Below, piece by piece: positions 45,902-50,905 of a stretch of 50,905 bases of DNA. The position numbers and the translations under genes are program-made. The notes beneath the pieces are model-generated. The model did not search any database. It saw nothing but the letters and a program-made list of their open reading frames with translations, and was not told the origin of the DNA. Position 1 is the first letter of the stretch. Each line of letters starts with the position of its first letter. The stretch comes from Candidatus Veblenbacteria bacterium. Lineage in GTDB: Bacteria > Patescibacteriota > Patescibacteriia > Veblenbacterales > UBA10138. The stretch is taken from the NCBI GenBank assembly GCA_030700105.1, contig JAUYKG010000031.1, positions 1 through 50,905 on the forward strand, written 5' to 3'.

Positions 45902-45930
45902 AGTATAGCAGAAAAATATGCTTTTGTCGA
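45902..45930 (-). promoter_or_regulatory. Putative promoter of the pilM operon
   Basis: On the minus strand: TCGACA (45930-45925), a 17-nt spacer, then TATACT (45907-45902). It gives a roughly 100-nt AT-rich leader containing the 14-bp palindrome GGCTAATATTAGCC. Confidence 0.5.
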
Positions 45931-45942
45931 ACGAACCTAAAA

Positions 45943-48888
45943 CTACGGGGTACGGAATTGCCAGGTAGGTAAGGTATGTAGGATATCGCTGAACCCGGGC
46001 GGAGTATTCAAGAGCACGCGCCCATCCGCCACCACGCGCTCGGAGGGTGCGCCACCAGGCGAGGATGTGCGTTGGAACAGGAACTGTCGGGCGATTGCCG
46101 CGCCGTAAATACTCAACTGGGCCGAACCAGCACCAGTGCTAAAAGTGCCACCGCTACCGGTACCGGCTACGAAGAAGGAACCCACCACCTGTCCCACAGT
46201 AGGCGCAATAGTGACGTTACCCATAACCAGCCAACCCACCGAAGCCAAATTGCGGGCGCTTAAGCCTGGTGCGACCACCTGGTAAGAAAGATCAGAATTA
46301 ATGGTTAAGTCGCCGTCCACAATTATAAGGCCACCCCCCGAAGTTCCGCCCGTGCCGTTAACCAGCTCCGTAAGTTGACTCACTCGCAGGTTATCCTTCA
46401 CCCAATACACACGACCGGCCAACGCGGCGGGGGGGTCACGGACCACTTCACTCAAATCCCTGCCGCCGACGTTCGTGAAAACGCTCACCGTGTGGCCGTA
46501 ACTATTGGTACCATTATTTACCACCTCAATGCCGGCGAGTGTGTGGGTAAGGCCGTAGTAATCAAACGAACTCACCTGCGGCGCACACGGTGGTGAACTG
46601 CACCCGCCTGCCGAAGGATATGCGAGTTGGCCAAAACTCGGGTTCACGGGGGTAAGGCCGGCTGGCGCCGGGGCGGCCACAAAATTCTCTATCACCGTAG
46701 GTTGCGCACTCGTACCGCCACCCAAAATAAAGTACGTAGCGTTGTAGCTGCCAGAAGGTGGCGCGTACTGCGCTTTTATATTCCCCTGGGAATAAATACT
46801 CCCCTGCTCCACCGAAAGGTACGGCTGATTGCACGCCGCCACTAGATTATAATGCACACGGTACTGGGTAACACCACAACCTTGCACAGAAAAACTCAAA
46901 CTGTTGTTTTGTCCGGGCAAGAGGTCCAGCAATGGGATGTCGCCCGAAGATACTCCGGAATTCAAATTGCCTGAGTAACTCGCCGGATTGCCAACCGCGT
47001 TGGCGTCTGCCGCAGGATTCGTGGTGGTACCGCTGCAGGTTGCGCCACGAAACTCAATCATAGAAGAACCCGACTCAATAGAACCAGCATCTATGGTGAA
47101 ATTAACCGTATCGCTGTCATTGGCAGTGTTGAACCCGCTCGTAGGATAGTACTTGGTTTCGGTGTGGTTAATGGTAAAGGTGGAGACGCTGGAACCTAAG
47201 CCAGAATTCAAGCCGTCGGAAGCTACTACGGTAACGTACTGAGCTGTGCTTATTTCTGGTGCACAGGAAGAACTCCACGTATAGGTGCAGTTGGTATAGT
47301 TGTTAGGCGAACCGGAACAACCAGCCGAAGCTGGGGTAAGGCCCGAGGCGATAAGTGTAGCCAAACTACCCGAGGAAGGGCCATAGTACACGCTAAAGCC
47401 CAAACTCTGTGAGCTGTTGGGGTCGGTTGCGTTCCAAGTTATAGTAGCAGTCGTGTTCACGGGGGTAGCACCATTAGGAACAATGCTCACGTTCGTAACC
47501 GAGGGCGCGGTGTTCACGGTAAAGGTCCAAACCGGCCCGGTAGTAATGTTACTAGCGGCATCCTGCGCCACCACCCGCCAATAGTACTGGCTACCAGCCA
47601 AAAAGTTACTGAGGGGATTGTAGGTTATGGGAGTTTGATTACCAAAAGCAACCTGGGTACCGTTAAGGACTGAGGGTGGATTGGTTGTTCCTGTATATAC
47701 CGAATAGGTTACCGTATCGCTACCGCCTTCAGGGTCACCTCCGTCCCACGACAAATTAGTGTTAGCTGGCGCCAGTGTACTGGCGGCCGAAACCGGGTTG
47801 GGGTTGGACGGCATGTACGGTGCGGCATTCACCTGGTAGGGGGTGCATGAATCACCATTGGCCGCAGCGGTATAGCTACTCTCGTTTTGTGTTGGGCTGG
47901 TGCTGTCACGTGCCCGCGCGCGGAAGCAATAAGTAGTATTGGCGACCAACGTTACGGCTGGTGAACAGCCTGAACCAAAGTTCAACGAGGTTTGCCCGGC
48001 TACAATGCTGGTGCGGCAGTTCGTCCAGGCTCCGCTAGAATTGGCACGGTACTGTAGGTCCCAGGTGCTCACGCCGCTGTTACCCACACCTGGGGCGGGA
48101 ATGGGGTAATCAACCAGCGTGGCTGAGACTATAAAAGAAGACGATTGGTTACCGGGAGGCGAAGAAGCTGCCGCGAACGGGAAACTCTGGTCTACTTGTA
48201 TTTGTCCTGAGGATGGTACCGTGGCGGAAAACACAACAGGCGAGGCACCCGTATCGTCAGCCGTACTGCGGAAGCGGTAACTGGCTCCATTGGTAGCGAA
48301 TGTATAGCTACCGTTATACGTATAAGTGGATTGCCCTGTGGTACTGGGATTACCTCCGGGAACGTTATTCCAACTACCACTATTTATTGATACCTGCGTG
48401 CGGCAATAACTAAGGGTTTGCCCGGAATTCGCAGCACAACCGGTAGTGTAATCAAACGTAGCATAGTTGTACCAACCAGAACTTGATGGTGTGCCCGAAA
48501 GGCTGGCTGACAAAACGGCGGAGGTAATGGTAACAAGCACCGGATCAGAGGCTGTGGATTGGTGGTTGGCCTCGTCATAGGCGTAGACGCGGATAGTCCA
48601 ACTGCCGGCTGTATTCCAAGTATGATCAGCCGAAACTTGGGTACCGGAAGCTACAAAACCGCTCGCCGGCATGCGGGTATCAGCCGAGCCGTCGCCCCAG
48701 CTGTATACGTAGTACACCTGGTCGCCTTCGGGGTCAATCGCTTGCGCAGTTAGGGTACAAACAGAAGTTAGGGAGCCGCTAAAACCAACGCAGGTCGGCG
48801 CGGCGGCAACAGGTTGCGCCCACACAACAAAGAACATAGCCGAAACAGCCACACCAAGGCTTATACCAATGTACCTTACATAGCTCAT
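45943..48888 (-). CDS. Very large secreted protein with PKD-like and FN3-like repeats (candidate adhesin)
   Basis: 981 aa. Signal peptide (...VVWAQPVAAA|PT), a PKD-like block DPEGDQVYYVYSWGDGS, FN3-like blocks (NLSWDGGDPEGGSDTVTYSVY and ATITWNATDPNSSQSLGFSVYY), Thr/Ser/Gly/Asn-rich composition, and many paired Cys. Confidence 0.6.
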   Translation of the reverse strand: MSYVRYIGISLGVAVSAMFFVVWAQPVAAAPTCVGFSGSLTSVCTLTAQAIDPEGDQVYYVYSWGDGSADTRMPASGFVASGTQVSADHTWNTAGSWTIRVYAYDEANHQSTASDPVLVTITSAVLSASLSGTPSSSGWYNYATFDYTTGCAANSGQTLSYCRTQVSINSGSWNNVPGGNPSTTGQSTYTYNGSYTFATNGASYRFRSTADDTGASPVVFSATVPSSGQIQVDQSFPFAAASSPPGNQSSSFIVSATLVDYPIPAPGVGNSGVSTWDLQYRANSSGAWTNCRTSIVAGQTSLNFGSGCSPAVTLVANTTYCFRARARDSTSPTQNESSYTAAANGDSCTPYQVNAAPYMPSNPNPVSAASTLAPANTNLSWDGGDPEGGSDTVTYSVYTGTTNPPSVLNGTQVAFGNQTPITYNPLSNFLAGSQYYWRVVAQDAASNITTGPVWTFTVNTAPSVTNVSIVPNGATPVNTTATITWNATDPNSSQSLGFSVYYGPSSGSLATLIASGLTPASAGCSGSPNNYTNCTYTWSSSCAPEISTAQYVTVVASDGLNSGLGSSVSTFTINHTETKYYPTSGFNTANDSDTVNFTIDAGSIESGSSMIEFRGATCSGTTTNPAADANAVGNPASYSGNLNSGVSSGDIPLLDLLPGQNNSLSFSVQGCGVTQYRVHYNLVAACNQPYLSVEQGSIYSQGNIKAQYAPPSGSYNATYFILGGGTSAQPTVIENFVAAPAPAGLTPVNPSFGQLAYPSAGGCSSPPCAPQVSSFDYYGLTHTLAGIEVVNNGTNSYGHTVSVFTNVGGRDLSEVVRDPPAALAGRVYWVKDNLRVSQLTELVNGTGGTSGGGLIIVDGDLTINSDLSYQVVAPGLSARNLASVGWLVMGNVTIAPTVGQVVGSFFVAGTGSGGTFSTGAGSAQLSIYGAAIARQFLFQRTSSPGGAPSERVVADGRVLLNTPPGFSDILHTLPTWQFRTP

Positions 48889-49412
48889 AGTTCTTTTTCT
48901 GTGTTGATCATCACCTCATACTCCAACCGCTCGGACACCACACTAGCCTGACAGTACGTATCAGTGGCGGAAATGAGTGTTATTTCCTGGCCGGAACGCA
49001 GAGAGCTTAGCGGCACTGTAACACGCTCTATCACCTGGCCGCCCTCCTCCAATACCTGCCGACGCCCCTCCCCCAGGTAACTCGGTACACGTACCTCCAC
49101 CACTGGCGTATTAGCCGTTAACTCCACTCGCAAGGCATCTCCAGTCTCACCCGGCAAAGGTGCAGTGCGTAAAGTAAGTTCACCAGATTCCACCGCGGCT
49201 ATAGTCCCCAAACGCAAGCGCACGGGCTGGTGAGACGGCAATAGGGTAGAACAACTTAACCACACAGACGCAGTGGGAGTAGGAACGGCGACCGGCAAAT
49301 CTTCCACCTGGCTAGATGATGTAGCAACCCACCAACCTATCATACCCATGACCACAATGATAAGCACGACTCCCCTGGAACGGAGCGGATGCGAGTGTGA
49401 AGCGAACACCAT
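48885..49412 (-). CDS. Hypothetical single-pass membrane protein, translationally coupled to the 981-aa gene
   Basis: From ATG 49412 (MVFASHSHPLRSRGVVLIIVVMGMIGWWV...), 14 nt after the upstream stop. The track start at 49562 would overlap the upstream gene by 136 nt. Its stop overlaps the next start (ATGA at 48885-48888). Confidence 0.4.
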   Translation of the reverse strand: MVFASHSHPLRSRGVVLIIVVMGMIGWWVATSSSQVEDLPVAVPTPTASVWLSCSTLLPSHQPVRLRLGTIAAVESGELTLRTAPLPGETGDALRVELTANTPVVEVRVPSYLGEGRRQVLEEGGQVIERVTVPLSSLRSGQEITLISATDTYCQASVVSERLEYEVMINTEKEL

Positions 49413-49426
49413 ACCATACACCCAAC

Positions 49427-50905
49427 CTACTGCACCACAGGCTTTGCTGGTGCGGCGTTGTTCTCGGTAAAGGTCCAGCTGGAATCGTCCAGCGCATTGC
49501 CTACACTGTCCACCGATTGCACCCGCACGGTGTAGGGCCCGTTCGCGAGCACCCCGCTCCACTCCCCTGTGCCAATACTCAAGGTGGTAGTGCCGCTCGG
49601 GAAGCTTTTTGTTTTTACCGTATTGCCGCCCAACGTTACAGTGAGCGTGCTCGCGCCAATGCTCGAAAGGTTATCCGACAGCGTTACTTGCAGGGTGGGG
49701 CGCAGCTCCACAACTGTTCCACCTTTGGCCGGAATATGATTAGAAGCGACTGGCGGTACATTATCATAAGTACCGGAGCGGGCCGTAACCTCAGTTGACC
49801 AATTGCCAACGTTATCCACGGTATGCAGGCCGTACCACCAAATGCCAGAGGACGGTGGGGTGTCGGTGGTGGAGAGCGTACCAATGGCCACATCCTTCAC
49901 TTTGGCCCATACCCCCGGCGCCCCGCCCTGATTAGGCGCGCGCCAGAGCTCATAGCGAGCTAGGCCCGAGAGCGGGTCGGAGGACGCCGTCCACGACAAG
50001 GAGAAGCTCGTGCTGGTGGGTGAACCGGTAAGGGTGAGGGTAACTTGCGTGGGGGCTTGGGTATCCACCTGAATGTTGCCGGAGGCGGGCACGCTAGTGG
50101 AGGTAATACTGCCCAGGCTGTCTGTCTCCACGGTGCGGAAGCGGTAATTGGAGCCCGATACCAGCGCGCGCGTTTGGTTGGCGGTCTGCGTGGTCGAGAT
50201 GTTGTTCCAGCTGCCGCCGGAGTTGGTGGAGACCTGGGTAACGCAGAAGGTGGCGGGGTTGGTGGTGGAACCGCCTTGGGCAGTACAGGTAGGCGTGTAG
50301 GTAAAGGTGGTGGTGGTGGTCCAGCCAGAGGTGGAGGGGTTGCCCACTAGCGAAGCGGAACGGCTGCCGCCTGAAATAGTATAGGTGTAGGTGGTAACAG
50401 CCGAGGAGTTGCCAGCGGCGTCACAGGTACGCACCTTGAGCACGCGCGTGGAGTTGTACACCGTAGGATTGATAAAGGCGGCAGAGCCACAGGTGGGGTC
50501 AGCTGGGGTAGTAGCGCCCGAGGTGTGACGCACCGTCACCGCGGTAGTGGGGCTGCCCTGATCAGCGCCGGGGTTGCAAGTAACGGAGACGGAGGGAGAA
50601 TACGTGCCGGTGCCGGGAGCGCAGGAGGCGGCGGCAGGGATGTTGCCGGCGCCGCGGTCCACAATGATATCAGCTGAGATACCGGAGGTGGATGAATTCC
50701 CTGCTGTGTCTGCTGCCACCACTCGGTACCTATAGGTACCGGCGTTCAGGGCTGGGGATGGCGTCCACGAGGTACCGGTAACTGGTGTGGGTTGGTTCGG
50801 GATGGCCAGCACAAAAGCCCCACCGTTCAAAGATTGGTAGACAAAGTAACCAGCCAGGCCGGAGAGGGGGTCTGAAGAAGCAGACCAGGTACAGGTGTGG
50901 GTGCC
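49427..50905 (-). CDS. Large FN3/Ig-like repeat surface protein, 5'-truncated by the window edge
   Basis: The frame stays open to position 50905 (GTHTCTWSASSDPLSGLAGYFVYQSLNGG...), so the TTG at 50830 is not the start. It has repeated W.ASSDPLSGLA.Y FN3-like units and shares a Cys-containing module with the 981-aa protein. Confidence 0.6.
   Translation of the reverse strand, partial: GTHTCTWSASSDPLSGLAGYFVYQSLNGGAFVLAIPNQPTPVTGTSWTPSPALNAGTYRYRVVAADTAGNSSTSGISADIIVDRGAGNIPAAASCAPGTGTYSPSVSVTCNPGADQGSPTTAVTVRHTSGATTPADPTCGSAAFINPTVYNSTRVLKVRTCDAAGNSSAVTTYTYTISGGSRSASLVGNPSTSGWTTTTTFTYTPTCTAQGGSTTNPATFCVTQVSTNSGGSWNNISTTQTANQTRALVSGSNYRFRTVETDSLGSITSTSVPASGNIQVDTQAPTQVTLTLTGSPTSTSFSLSWTASSDPLSGLARYELWRAPNQGGAPGVWAKVKDVAIGTLSTTDTPPSSGIWWYGLHTVDNVGNWSTEVTARSGTYDNVPPVASNHIPAKGGTVVELRPTLQVTLSDNLSSIGASTLTVTLGGNTVKTKSFPSGTTTLSIGTGEWSGVLANGPYTVRVQSVDSVGNALDDSSWTFTENNAAPAKPVVQ

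Overview
This is a 50.9-kb window. It is GC-rich: hand counts of single 60-nt lines give about 60% GC in the bulk and about 28-35% in several islands. It is transcribed almost entirely on the minus strand. All calls come from reading motifs in the supplied translations and from hand checks of start/stop codons and hairpins. No database search was possible.

I infer a small-genome monoderm bacterium, possibly Candidate Phyla Radiation/Patescibacteria-like. This inference is unverified.

Left half: housekeeping genes. These are rsmI, an AI-2E permease, an M16 peptidase, glyQS, guaA, a membrane-anchored Clp/Hsp100, a CDP-alcohol phosphatidyltransferase, a DUF11-like surface protein, recO, ileS, argS, rplT-rpmI-infC, tmRNA (ssrA) and smpB. 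A 2.6-kb low-GC two-gene insertion (orphan PEP-utilizing swivel-domain protein plus histidine-phosphatase-like protein) sits among them.

Middle: an AT-rich plus-strand island (about 24.0-26.2 kb) with three orphan small exported proteins. The island is organised as two transcription units that share a duplicated promoter and a structured 5' leader, followed by a convergent candidate sRNA. After it come tRNA-Asp, lgt, three tandem DsbA-like genes, gatC-gatA and ligA.

Right 17 kb: a secretin-less type IV pilus locus. It contains two very large FN3/PKD-like secreted proteins, pilM, pilN, pilO, a PilP-like gene, a pilin, pilB, a CheY-like receiver, a PilT-like gene, pilC, the major pilin, pilD and four minor pilins.

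The most unusual items are:
- the duplicated pseudoknotted leader RNA;
- a PilT-like protein in which the Walker A lysine, the Walker B glutamate and both His-box histidines are substituted;
- a PilN with two INLLP-type motifs separated by a proline-rich linker;
- a membrane-tethered Clp ATPase with a degenerate first AAA+ module;
- the low-GC swivel-domain/phosphatase pair.

I saw no CRISPR array, transposase, integrase or rRNA. I cannot say that any one of these items is definitely a new system. They are ranked by how strongly the sequence itself supports them.
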